Source: the human T2T-CHM13v2.0 reference genome, Homo sapiens. From it: a DNA stretch of 64,000 nucleotides. The stretch lies in NCBI RefSeq assembly GCF_009914755.1, contig NC_060928.1. One strand, 5' to 3'. The notes under the pieces were generated by a model. It worked only from the letters and a program-made list of their open reading frames with translations. It had not been told where the DNA came from and made no database searches. The position numbers were made by a program, and so were the translations under genes. This document shows positions 1-15,900 of the stretch, piece by piece. Numbering within the stretch: position 1 is the stretch's first letter; every line of letters begins with the position of its first letter.

Positions 1-149
1 ATAAGACAACTCCTCTTCATCTGCACTACTATTAGTAGTTTCTGCTTCCCCATATAATTATTGTTTCTGCTTCCCCATATAAATTCTAGTCTCAACAAAG
101 CTAAGTGAACCAGGTAAACTGTAAGTTACATAATCTTATTTTTCTTCTC

Positions 150-749
150 AAAACACTTTATTGGCCACTTTGCAATCAGAGTAGAAATCAAAGTCCTTAC
201 ACTGAGCTCTAATTCCTTGTCTAATTTGTCCTTCATCAGTTTCTTCTATGTGCTCTTGGCTCACTTACCTCCAGTCACACTGGCTTTCTTAATGTTTCTT
301 TAACTCACCAGGCAGGTCTTACCTGCTTCGTAATCTTTGCTCTTGTTTTCCTCCACGTATAGGAGTGGCTTTTAAAAAACAGAAATTTATGTCTCATAGT
401 CCTGGAAACCCGGAATTCTAAGATCGATGTCCCAGGAGATTTAGTGTCTGGTAAGAGCCCTCTTGTTTTTTCATAGATGACTGTCTTTCTGCTTAGTCCT
501 CACAAGGTAAAAGGGGGCAAGGAAGCTCTCAGGAGGTCTCTTTTCTAAGACCACAAAACCTATTAATTAGGCTCCGCCATCATGATCTAATCACTTCTCC
601 AAAAGCCCATCTTCAAGTGCCATCACATTGGGGATTAGGTTTTAACACATGAATGTGAAGGGGGCACAAGCATTTAGTCTTCAGAAAATCTTCATGAAGC
701 AATTCAATCTTTCATCTTCTTCAAGTCTTTGCCAAATATCGTATTCTCA
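150..749 (+). mobile_element. Degraded L2 LINE 3' fragment, split by a MaLR LTR
   Basis: L2-like phrases (ccagtcacactggctttcttaatgtttct; cttcttcaagtctttgccaaatatc) on either side of the LTR. Confidence 0.45.
365..685 (-). mobile_element. MaLR LTR (MLT1A/B or MST-like)
   Basis: aacagaaatttat...tctaagatc...gtgtctggtaagagcc...catcacattggggattagg...gggggcacaagcatttagtc, typical of a reverse-oriented MLT1. Confidence 0.75.
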
Positions 750-866
750 GCCGGGCGCGGTGGCTCACGCCTGTAATCCCAGCACTTCAGGAGGCTGAGG
801 TGGGCGGATCAAGAGGTCAAGAGATCAAGACCATCCTGGCCAACATGGTGAAACCCTGTCTCTACT

Positions 867-905
<39 letters not shown>

Positions 906-1076
906 TTAGCTGGGCATGGTGGCACGCACCTGTAATCCCAGCTACCCAGGAGGCTGAGGCAGGAGAATCGCCGAGAGGCGGTTGTTGCAGTGAGCCGAGA
1001 TCGCACCACCGCACTCCAGCCTGGAGACAGAGTGAGACTCCGTCTCAAAAAGCAAAACAAAACAAAACAAAAAACA
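750..1076 (+). mobile_element. Alu (AluSc-like) with (CA)n in the middle linker
   Basis: gccgggcgcggtggctcacgcc start; gaggtcaagagatc diagnostic; A-rich tail; degenerate TSD ending tattctca. Confidence 0.95.
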
Positions 1077-2308
1077 ACTCTCTTATTCTCAAAAGCTTTT
1101 CTCGACTGCTCAATTCAGAATTGTACTGTATACTTTATCCATCCTTTCCTGTCCGTACTCTTCTCAAAGACAACTACGTCCTTCTAAAATAAAATTTACT
1201 TTTCAAAATTATTTTCTGTCCACCCTATACCCTGTATAATGCAAGTGCAATTAGGACTTAAATTCTTTTGGCTACCTTTTCTTTTTCACTGCTATAACTT
1301 AAGCTCTTAGTGCCAATGCCTATGTCATGCTTTTACAAAGCTAAGTTTCAGCAGTTGCTGTAAGAAAAAGTGAGTGGCACATGAAAATCAGTGTGGAACA
1401 GGAAATAAGGTTTTCCATGAATAATTGGATTCCAGTGTTTGTTAAACAGAAGCTAAGTTATTATTAGTATGTAAGTACATATTAAATTCTGTGGGCTAAC
1501 ACCATAATACAGGCAACTATAATACATGATATTGATTTTGGCTTAGGAGTTTCACATAAACATTACCTAAATACTAAGAACTCTCTTGTCTATAAGTGTT
1601 CTGGGAAACCTACATCAAGATCAGTTCTCCTAGAAGATGGAACCTAAGGAATAATCATGAATTAGCTTGGCTGGCCATTGGGTTAGAAGGATTTCTGTTT
1701 GCCTGATGCTTATAGAAATCCCAGAATCCTGTTTCTGGCAAGTTGTTTGATGTCTTACATGAAACTTACACTCTAGGTGTGGTCAGTACATCAGAAAGAC
1801 CAGAAAGCTGGGACTTCTTCAAGTCAGATAAGAAGTTATACTTACATGTTTTTTTCTTTCCTGATTATAATGATTTGTATAATATCAAGCTTCTTAAGAG
1901 TTGTATATGTCCAAATAATTTTCAAAAAGCATGCAACATCTGATTGAAATCTAACCATCCTTCAGAAAACAACTAAATATTTCTTTAATAAGTAGTAAGT
2001 TGTCCTTATTACATACTTAACAGAAAGAACAGAGTACTTCTACAGCATTACAGGATTGCACACTTTATGAACTCTGTAGCTAACATTAGAATTCCTTTTA
2101 GAAAGGGAAATTCTCTAGAGAAATAATTCTTGAGTTTAGAAAGTTGTTACCAGTCCAGCTAATAAATTAGTGTTATTGTACCATGAAATTCAAGAATCAA
2201 ATTTTTCTTATGAGGGAAAAAAGAAGAAAAGATAGAAAGAGCAAACATTGTGACTGTGTTTCAGAAAAAAAGATGTAGGTGATTTATGGATGGCCGTGAA
2301 GTGCAAAA

Positions 2309-5279
<2,971 letters not shown>

Positions 5280-8200
5280 TGAAGTGCAAAACTTTAATGT
5301 GTCTTAAGAATCATAATGTGTAAGGTGTTTGCATGAAGGTGATCTACAACCATACAACCATTTTCCATATCTTCATAAATATTGAATCAATTACACTCTA
5401 TTAACAAATGCTTTTTGTAAAAATGTTAGATTAATTTTCATCTCTTTATTTCTATATGCTTAATGTGGAAATTGGGGAAAGGAAAGCTGTTTTATTGTTC
5501 ATCAATTACTAAAGCATAAGACCAGACACAGTTCTGAATTCAAATAATTTTAGAGAATTTAACTTCTATAAATTTAAAATTGTTGCAAGGGTATAAGTGA
5601 AAACAGGATTACACCATTTTCACATTTTATAGGTATTTCACATGATATTTGATTGATTCTTTTTTCCTTAATAAACTCTAATTTCCATGAGAAAAGAACT
5701 TGTATCTATTTTGCTAACCATTTTAACTCTACTGACTGTCACACCCCCTGGTATATTGTCAGAATTACATTACCTCAAAGGGATATTGAATGCTGTCAAT
5801 AATTTTTGTGGCATTATCAAGCCCTCAACTATTATGTTTTCAAGAATCTAATATTATTTATAAGCCTGTTATACTACAACAGATGTTACACTGTAAGCCA
5901 ATTTCTCATATTTAAAATACACTGAAAGCTCCTTGATACCCATGAACTATGATTGATCAATCACCCTATCTCTAACACTTAATGCTATACCTGGCATTAG
6001 CAGGCCTCTGTTAACTTTAGTTTATTGAAATGAGTTGAAGCGGGGAGGAAGTATGTAATTATTCTCATCCATTGGCACCTGACTTCTTTCGTATTTCTCA
6101 GAGTTTATGATATAGTGATTGTTCTCTACTTATTATGGTTTCATATGCTTTAACTGGAGTATGATATTTTTATGCAATATATTTTAAAAGTTAATCTATG
6201 TCTCAGTAGAAACACAGCAATTTTAAATGACGTGGCTAAGAAAAACTCATCTTTGGGCATGAGGAATTTTTATTAATAATAATGAATTAAATTGATTGAG
6301 CCTGCATGTCATTTCCAATTATGCATAAGAAAATTATTCTGTAGCACACATATTAACTAAAGAAATAAATGAATTTACTATATAGATGAAAATGATGCAA
6401 ATTGGACAAATTTGTCTCAATAAAATTTCACTAAAGAACACCGATTTTTTCAGATAAGCTAATTGAGTATAAAAGAAAAAAAGCAGAAGTAAAACAATTA
6501 CTTGCAAACTTAGCCTGTATTATTCTAGTTCAGACAATAGTTTCTGAAATTATTGGAAACTTTTTAATGATAAATATATTTTATAATAAATATTGTTGAG
6601 TTCAATTAAGTTTCCCTTTCAGGAAATGTCATTTCATTGTAATATGTATTTCTTAGCAAAAATCGACTCTTTCCCTATATATAAAGGGTGGTCCCCATTA
6701 GTCCTGCATACATTTTCACTGAAACATGGTCATTCTATTTAATTTAATTTAATTAATTCATTTAATTTCTTACCTATTAGAAAATAAATGGAAGAAAGTG
6801 GTTGAATATTGATTTTGCACCTAACATGTGCATCTATATAGGTATGTATAAATAATATATTAATACATAGGTAATAAAATTTTTAAAATGAAAATCTGAA
6901 TGTATTTGTCATAAGAAGTGTCAAAATTAGTTCTCTTTACCTTTCATTCTACATTACCTAATCTTACTCTTTTACCATCATGCTAATTTGCAAAACTGAT
7001 GATAAAGAAAACAAACCAAAAGCAAACTTCTATTTTCTAATTATTTAATACTTATTAGAATTAGGAATTAGAACGTTTCTAATTCATGAACGGAGTAATG
7101 ATTACGTAAGGAGAAACAGATAACATTTCTTGTAAAACTTTAAATGAAAAGAGAACAGCCCTTTGTACTTAACAAGTAATAATGAATGATCATTAAGACA
7201 AGGTCACTTCAACCGATTATTTATGAACATAGCTATCTAATGACTATTTATATTTAGCTGTTAGGTCTAATTTCAAGGGGCAAAACCATGTTTCATGGCC
7301 ATTTTATTAACAACCAATACAGTAGTATAAAAACAATGAATTATGTTGAACAGTACTACAATTTAATAGATCTATTCACAAATCTCCATCTATTTAGAAG
7401 CAATTCGTTTATTAAAGCCATTGCTATTTTAAGTTGCATTTTGAACTATTAACAAAAATTGAACATTAATTAAATGCTAGCATGCCCACTTCTTTGTGCT
7501 TTTTCCCCTGTCTCACGGCAGTCAGCCACAGTAGTGCTGGCTTTCATGCAATGTGAAACGTTGCTATTATTAAGCTTCCAAACACTCATCTTCCTGGATC
7601 CTTGCTGAGGAGTTAAATCTTGTGTTACAGGGCAGTACTCCAAAGCAAAAGTTTCTTATCCAATTTTATATTAACTCAAGCCTTTAGGATCTCCCAAGGC
7701 AAACTTTCCTGAAATGTTTGAGCTGGATCCTGTGAAAACATTGCCTGAGGATCCCTCTTCTCACTTTAGCCTTTCCAGCACTTCTGAAGTCAGGTGATGA
7801 TGAGATTTGGCCCCTCAACCCCACCATTGCAGGTCTGATGGCCAGGAGAGGACATGGGAGCTGATCCTAAGGAAGATTCTCATTGTTATAAGACACCAGT
7901 TTTATTTGAGTTATCCTTATCAAAATATCAAAAAAAAAAAAAAAAAAAACACGTCGCTATCTTTCGGCAAAATGGAAGGAGCCAGTTCAACAGGCTTGGA
8001 GGATCCAAGAGATTCTAGGGATTTAATTTTCTTTTTAAAAAGTTCTATATATGTCTCCATCACAAATGTTAGTATCTCAATATTCCCCTATAATGGCCCT
8101 GACTTTGACATAAGAACATTCCCTACCCTAGGAATTCAGCCCTTTTTGAAATTCTGCCATTCTTAGCAATTATGTTATGTATCTGGCTTTCAGCTCAGTT

Positions 8201-8629
8201 GACTCTCCAGCTGCAGGAAATGAGTGTCCTTAAATGCTGCCCCAGAAGAGTTGTGGTACTTACACTTTGCTTTAATTTGCTGATTGATTGATCTAAGTCT
8301 GACATTTTATCTCTTAAATACATCAGTGTCACTTATCCAAAGCCATTAAAAGTGACCCAATTCCACAATCCTTATAGTTGCTCTTTCCTCTATACTCCTC
8401 CAGCACAAGAGATAATGCACAGGCTCTTGTAAAGAGTATCTCTTTATACTTCTATTCCATTCCAGGTCACCACAGATGAAAATTGTACTTCTACAAATCG
8501 TAAGACTAGCCATATTCTACCCACTACCCGTGATTTGGTCCTCTTGGCAATCGAGTTGGAGAATGACCCACTTCCAGATCGATCTCATTGTTTGAGTTTG
8601 ATCCTAGATCTGTTTGAGATTTCAATGGT

Positions 8630-9045
8630 CTCAGATCAGATTCGTCAGCAGTAGTCTTGAGGGAGTATTATGAAAGTGATCTAGTGAGGGAAAGATGTCT
8701 AGGCTAAAGGAAGTGACAGAAGCAGAACAGGGTGACAACGCCAAGTAAAGGTTTGTCTTGTCTGTAGGGTAACATCACCCTGGTCCCACAAGGAGGTCTC
8801 AGCACAGGGTCTTCACACTTTGAGACAAAGGAGGTACTTTAACTCCTGTCAGTTAGTCACTGAGTACTGAAAGCCTAGATGAGGACTAGGGTGCTTAACT
8901 GCTCAGGGTAGGTTATCCCAGCCGGAGAGTAGATAGTGAGTCTTTAGAAAATGAGCATCTGTATGCTCTAGTAGCCAACCTGCACATCATCTAGGGGATG
9001 GGTGCACAGCACAGGGATGGGGGTCTAGTTAGGCGGCATAACATA
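8630..9045 (-). mobile_element. ERVL-class solo LTR (LTR33-like)
   Basis: Reverse complement contains ctgtgcacccatcccctag, resembling the LTR33 5' end; highly diverged. Confidence 0.55.
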
Positions 9046-10324
9046 CCCCAAAGACTTCACATCTGAAAATGTTTGGCCATTGGAGACATGACCAGAAAAT
9101 CCCCTTAGTTTTCTCAAAAAAATAATAGAAGGAAGATCTCCAGTCAACTTTTCCAGGATTCAGAATAGATTTCAAAGATGTGTCAGTGACATAAAAAAGA
9201 CGAAAGTTATTGTAAAACTCTAGAAATATTTTTTAATGCTAGAAACTCTTATTAAGCATGCAGAACTTTACAACATAACATTGTCTCTAATACACCAATT
9301 TATTCATACATCACATATTGTGATCAATACAACAGACACACAGAGTGCCAATTATGTGCCACTTGCTGGGCAAATCCCTGGGGTGAAAGCAGTAAATAAC
9401 ATGCCTATGCCTGTCTTTGTGTAGTTGAGAGCACAGGAGGATTATATTCAAAGACACAGATTTCAATCATAAATAGAAGATAGTATTAACAGATCTGTGA
9501 GTGGAGACAGTTTGGATGGATAAAATGAAGCCCAAAGGATGGGATATTCATTTTCTATTGAGAAAAATGAAGAAATTTATTAAAGATTAAATGCAAATTT
9601 AAATAACTTGAAAAATAAGAGCTTGCTATTCAAACAAGTCCATTGTTTTAGAAACAAAAAATACTTTCTGTGAAAAGATATTGTCATAAATGTGGACATG
9701 TAGCCATAGCAATTATAATAGCTTTGTATCCTGTAAACTGAAAATCTTTTCTTATGGTGGCCTCTGAGATTCCTACTCGATACATTCATTCATGCATGCA
9801 TTCATTCATTCACTCTTTTGTTTTCCAATATGGATATACAAAGGACATTTTTGTATACCTATGTTTTCATGAGGTTCAGATTTGACAAGAATGTTTTTGT
9901 AATTAATCAGTGTATGAAACCAATTTTTAAATTGTATATCCATTTTTTTAATATGGTAATACTAATGTTGTAACTCTTAGATTTAATGCTCAACATGGTA
10001 AGCAAGTCTTGTTGTTCCTTTCAAGGCTCAATATAGAGTGGCAGCTTGGAAAATTATTTCTAAACCAGCTGTGCATTGAAACACTAGAAAGCTCCCAGAA
10101 AGAAGGCAGAGAAACCACTGCAATTTCAGGGATTTGCAATCAGAACTCTGATATGATTTGTTCTTATTTGACAAGTAAATGCTCAGAACTGGTCTCAACT
10201 TAAAATAAGATGATTTTTTTTTTAGTTTTGCATTTGATGATTTAAATTGATGTTTATGTGCAAAATGGCATCAATTAACCCCCAAACGACCTTAATTTGT
10301 TGAATTACTATAATTTTAAAATAG

Positions 10325-10632
<308 letters not shown>

Positions 10633-10989
10633 TTAATAGGTACTTTCAATATGTTATTCCAAAATTCTGCATAAACCTGTTGAGAAAGTGCCAAACTGGC
10701 CCTGGTCTGTCGTCATACTGTTTCCCACTTTATGATTCCTATATAGTTTATTTAAATTAAGTTTATGGAAGATTTATTGATTGTTAGTAAATCACACTGA
10801 TTATTCAAAAATAAAAATTAATCACACAATGAAATTGACTACACCAAAAATTTAATTTGGTTATTTTTGCCAGAGGCGTTACTCAATATTTTCTTAAATT
10901 TTCTTATCCCACTTCGGTTTAAATTACCATTTCTTTCTTCAGAAGCTAGGGGGGGAAAAGTAAGTATTGTATGATTAATTTTACATGGC

Positions 10990-11228
10990 ACACTCATAAT
11001 AAGCAAATCCATAGAACAGAAAAAAGATTAGTGTTTGCCATAGAATGTGGGAGGTTGGAATTTGGACTAATTACTTCATAGTGCAGAATGTTTTCTCTGG
11101 GTTTAAAATGTTTTTAAACTAGAGAAAGGTGGTAGTTGCAAACAATTGTGACTGAACTGAATGACACAGAATTGTACAGTTTACAGTGGCTAATTATATG
11201 TTACATGAATCTCACTAAAATAAATAAG
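10990..11228 (+). mobile_element. Old L1M (L1MB-like) 3' end
   Basis: gcaaatccatagaacag...gattagtgtttgcc...aaactagagaaaggtggtagttgc...gttacatgaat followed by an A-rich end. Confidence 0.7.
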
Positions 11229-12251
11229 AAAATATATGTAAATATATATATTTGCCTATCTATGGAAGTTTTTCATTATATATTTTAAAAATTACCTATT
11301 CAATGAAAACTAGTTGTCTTAAAAGTTACTTCTCTTTGCTTTTAACTTTTTAAAATTTCAATACAGTATTTACCTTGTTTTAAAAAACTCAGAACTTATT
11401 CTCATATACTGCAATATTATTTTTAGATAATCATACAAACATGATTTTGACACCACTTTGTCTATCTACTTATGTTTTTAACATACCATTCCTCATAAAA
11501 TACAATTTTTCTATTCCATTCCCAAAGAGAGTATTCTGGCTTATTTTTTGACTTGCCTGTTCACTGTCATTTGGAAAAATCTTGTCACTCAATTTTTAGT
11601 ATTCTAATCATTTCTTTGATTTTCCTGTCTTCTGAAAATTATGGTATAAAAATATTCACGCTTTCCTGTCATTCATACCTTATCATATCTCTCTCTAAAT
11701 TCATCTAGGGACTCCTCTTTGCTATAAATATTATTTTAAAGTCAAATCTCTGCATTTTGTGTAAATATGATCTATTTTGACGGAAGCTTTCATCCAAGAG
11801 TTCAAAAAAACTCAAATGCAATAAGTATAGTTGTACATAATAAGAGTGTATATTTTTAAAAGGCATCTGAATTCATCAGGCAATGTATCAACATGAGTTT
11901 ACGCAGTACCTAATTTGTATACTTCATGTTTCTCAGTTAACTAACAAAGTAGTTACAGAGTTAGAACTAAAATGCCACAAATAATTACAGAATAACACAA
12001 ATGTATTTCAGGATATTTGACTTTCAAACTTTTATAATAAATATGATATTTCTTAAAATGCAAATATGCCTCTTCATTTGAAATAGTAAACACTTTGCAA
12101 TATATTATTTACATGTAAGAAATAAAGATTAGGTTGATTGGCTAGAGATTGTTTATTCAACTAGTTACTAGATGAGATAGAGGAGGTAAGGAAATAGAAA
12201 TGACATTGATTGTGGACCCACAATGTTCCTATCTTGGTAATATGTTTACCT

Positions 12252-12940
12252 TGAGTCTTAGTCCATTTGGTTGCTGTAACAAAATACCTCAGGCTGCTTA
12301 ATGTGTCCTTTGCAGGGACATGAATGAAGCTGGAAACCATCATCCTCAGCAAACTAACACAGGAACAGAAAAGCAAACACCACATGTTCTCACTCATAAG
12401 CGGGAGTTGAACAATGAGAACTCATGGACACAGGGAGGGGAACATCACACAACAGGGTCTCTCGGGGGTGGGGGGCTAGGGGAGGGATAGATAGCATTAG
12501 GAGAAATACCTAATGTAGATGATGGGTTGATGGGTGCAGCAAACTACCATGGCACATGAATACCTATGTAACAAACCTGCATCTTCTCCACATATATCCC
12601 AGAACTTAAAGTATAATAATAATAATAAAGAAATAATGACAAATTATTCCCCATGCTCTGGAGCCTGGGAAGTCCAAGATCAAGATGCTGGCATATTCAG
12701 TGTCTGGTGAGGGCAGCTTTCTCTGCTTCGAAGATGACACCTTTCTGTTGCATCCTCACATGGCAGAAGGGAAAAATATTCGCTTTCTTAAGCCCTGTAT
12801 AATTACCCTAATCACATCCACGAGGTAGGAGAGTTCTCATGGCCTAATCACCTCCCAAAGGCCCCACTACTTAATACCATCACCCTGGGGGTCAAGTTGT
12901 CTCATATCAGTTTTGTTGCCAACATTGAAATTATAGCACC
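12252..12940 (-). mobile_element. MaLR LTR (MLT1A/MST-like) interrupted by an L1 3' end
   Basis: gtcttagtccattt...gctgtaacaaaatacc on the left; gggaagtccaagatcaag...cctaatcacctcccaaaggcccc on the right. Confidence 0.8.
12303..12635 (+). mobile_element. L1PA7/8-like 3' end (~330 bp)
   Basis: gtcctttgcagggaca...aggagaaatacctaatgtagatgatgggttg...cttaaagtataataataa. Confidence 0.92.
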
Positions 12941-15900
12941 TTGGGTGAGCTTGGACTCCAAAGACTTTTGTTGTGTTTTGTTTATCCTTGCCTTTCATGA
13001 GGAACATAAAAACAAAAATACAATCTATTTATATTTTTCATATTATTTTTCTTTAAGGAGATGAAATATTTGTTTTACTTTGAAAGACAACACTTGTTTT
13101 TGGAAAAAAGTATATACTCAATGAGTACTTATGCAAAAATACATCAAAGGTATGTTTCAAAATGGAGAAATTTAAGAAAAAATGGCAAAAGCTGTCTCTG
13201 CCTACTAATGTAAAGGCTTGCATGAGCAGTATATCTTTTATAAAACATCTATATTTATTATACATTCATATGACTGCACATATTCTTGGCAAGATGGACA
13301 TTGAATTATCTGATTTTTGTTTTTCTTTGTTCAGTTTTTCTTTTTTTCAAGACTCGATTTTTTAAATAAATAACAAAATAAATGAAAACAAAATAATACT
13401 CAGATTTTACAGTACTTTGAAAAAGACATATAAATGTTGATTTGAATTATTCAGACACTGTGAAGTCACAGAGTAAAAATACAATCAATGACTAAAATTT
13501 TCATTTCCTATTTTCTTGCAATTTTGGCCATGTTAGGTAGAGGGTCCCTTAGAATGTACATCTGTGCACTTTTTGAAATCCTTCAGAATGTACATCTGTG
13601 CACTTTTTGAAATCTCATGTTGTAGTGAAAGTAAGAAACTGACAGATACTGTTGCAGCCTCAATCTAGACTATTTTATCATGTTGTTGATGTTTAAGTTA
13701 CATAATTCTAAAAGTGCTAGATTTAGACTATTGCATTTTCTTTTTTTCTTACACAGGCCAAAAGCTAGGATTAAATCTGTGTGACTTGAAAATAAATGCT
13801 CCTTAACTGAAATAAACAGTTGTCATTTTGTTACACTACGATTTAATCCATGGTGTTTATTGCAGGCTGCTGACATACTATACATGTACATTTTTGTATA
13901 TTGACTATCTCTGTCCATGCTAGGCCAAGTAATTACCTATTCTGCTTATTGCTGTATTCTCTTGTCTAGAACAATACCTAGGTCTGCACAGGCAATTCAA
14001 ATGTATTTTTGAATGACGATTAAAGGGAGAAATAAATGGCAGATACATGGTTTACTCTTTAAATCTGTTTTTTTGTTCATTATTTTTAATATTTATTTTG
14101 TCTTAAAAAACGTATATATATATATAACATATTGCCTGACTAACAAAAACAAAAGATAGTTTCAAAGATATCCTTACATGAATATGTCATTACTACATAG
14201 AGAATTAGAAATGTTTAGAAAGAGTGCATATTATTGAAAGGAAATATAGTAGATATGAAATGAGTTTTGTGTGTGTTGCATTGAGGAGATAGTAGGGTTC
14301 AAAGAAATAACTTAAAAGCAGTTGCTGAGATGGTTGAGAGCTGCAAAACATGTAGTACTAATAAATAGCTGGAGTTTTAAGTCCTTAAATCTTATTATTT
14401 TATAGTATAGGTAGTTTTCTTTGTTTAACTGGTTATATAATTTTTTAAAATGCTATATTAAAATATTAAAATTGGAAGTATGGGTTTGTACATAATATAA
14501 AAGCAGTTTTAATTTTAAGACTCCACATTGCATTTATAAAGCCCAAGTACTAAAGTGTAATCAATAAATTTCCTATGAAGATAGAGATCTAGATAGTGGC
14601 GAAAAGTGAATCATTGGACTCATGGAAATAAGAATATATAAATAAAAATGAAAGAAAATATGAATATTCTATGAAGGAAGCAAGGTCAGGATAACTGTAA
14701 TCACTCTAGGATAACTATTTTTGAGTGTCCCTAACAGTTCACTCAAATCTAACATGGTTATCACTTATAACCACCTTCATTTTGTCAAATTTTCAGAATA
14801 ACTCCTAGTATCATTATTGAAGTTGTATTTCAAAACCTTAATTTTAAAGGGTTCAGTCAATTGCAGTGAAATGGGAAGATTCCAAGGGTATGTAACTAGA
14901 TCTAGACCCCTTTTGAAGTTAAAGCTGAAGTTCCCAGACCAAAACATCAGGAATGCTCTGGACAAGAGGGGTCAATATGCAATAATGAAGACAAATTTTT
15001 GCAGAAGCCCCATAATTCTTGAAAGTTCATGATGACATTTTCAGAGATACAGCAAGAATTGGAAAAGAGCAGCAGCTGACAGTAGCGTGCAATGACTGAA
15101 GCTAAGGAGCAAGTCTCTAGTTTCTCTGGAAAAGATGTGAGAACAAAGCTGAGCCCCATCCTGGAAACCACATGGAATGTGACCCACTAGCATGGAGGAA
15201 CTGAGCTTATTTGTCCAAGCAAACACTCTTGAATTTGTAATACAGAAAGTAAAATGACGCTGGGGAATCAAGGAAGTTGTACTGCACTGAGGTCAGTATT
15301 TGAGGTCAAAGAGAAAGTAGAAATTGAGAATCAAGCAGAATTTGAATTTAGAAATAACTTGAAATAAAATCATTGTTAATAAAAATTGTCTAGTAGGTAG
15401 CTTAAAAATGTAAGATTATAATTATGAAATTTTGAGTTTGGTTAATAGAGAGTAACTACATTCAAAATTATAGACAATATAAATAAATTACAGAAATGCA
15501 ATTCATGAATCAATGTAATTGGATTTTTTTCTTCCACTAATGAGGTGCTGTTGAAAATAATTTTTCATAAGAAAATATTTTTTGTGGCTTCTGGTTTTAT
15601 GTCATGAAAAATAATTATTTTTAAAAAAGAATCCTTCATGGTGATGTGCTTTACTGCAATGACACGTACTATTCAGTGTCATGATCAGTCTTTATTTTAA
15701 TGAAATGAAGACACACGTTTTGAAGGAAAGCCTTGAGTGGGTAGCTGTGGTTGAGGAAGCCATCTTTCTTCTTTCAGACCAAAGAAATAAGACTGTTTTC
15801 TCCCTCTTTTTGAAGATACTTTAGTGTTAAGATTCAAGTAAAAAATACTAAGTTCTGATGTTGTCTTCTAATTGTTAAGGGCTTCAAGTCATAGCAATAT

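Noticed and set aside
809-1187. Alu-derived ORFs (also at 21318, 27778, 28606, 32551, 35930, 61015)
   Set aside because: Typical translations of Alu sequence with no gene context
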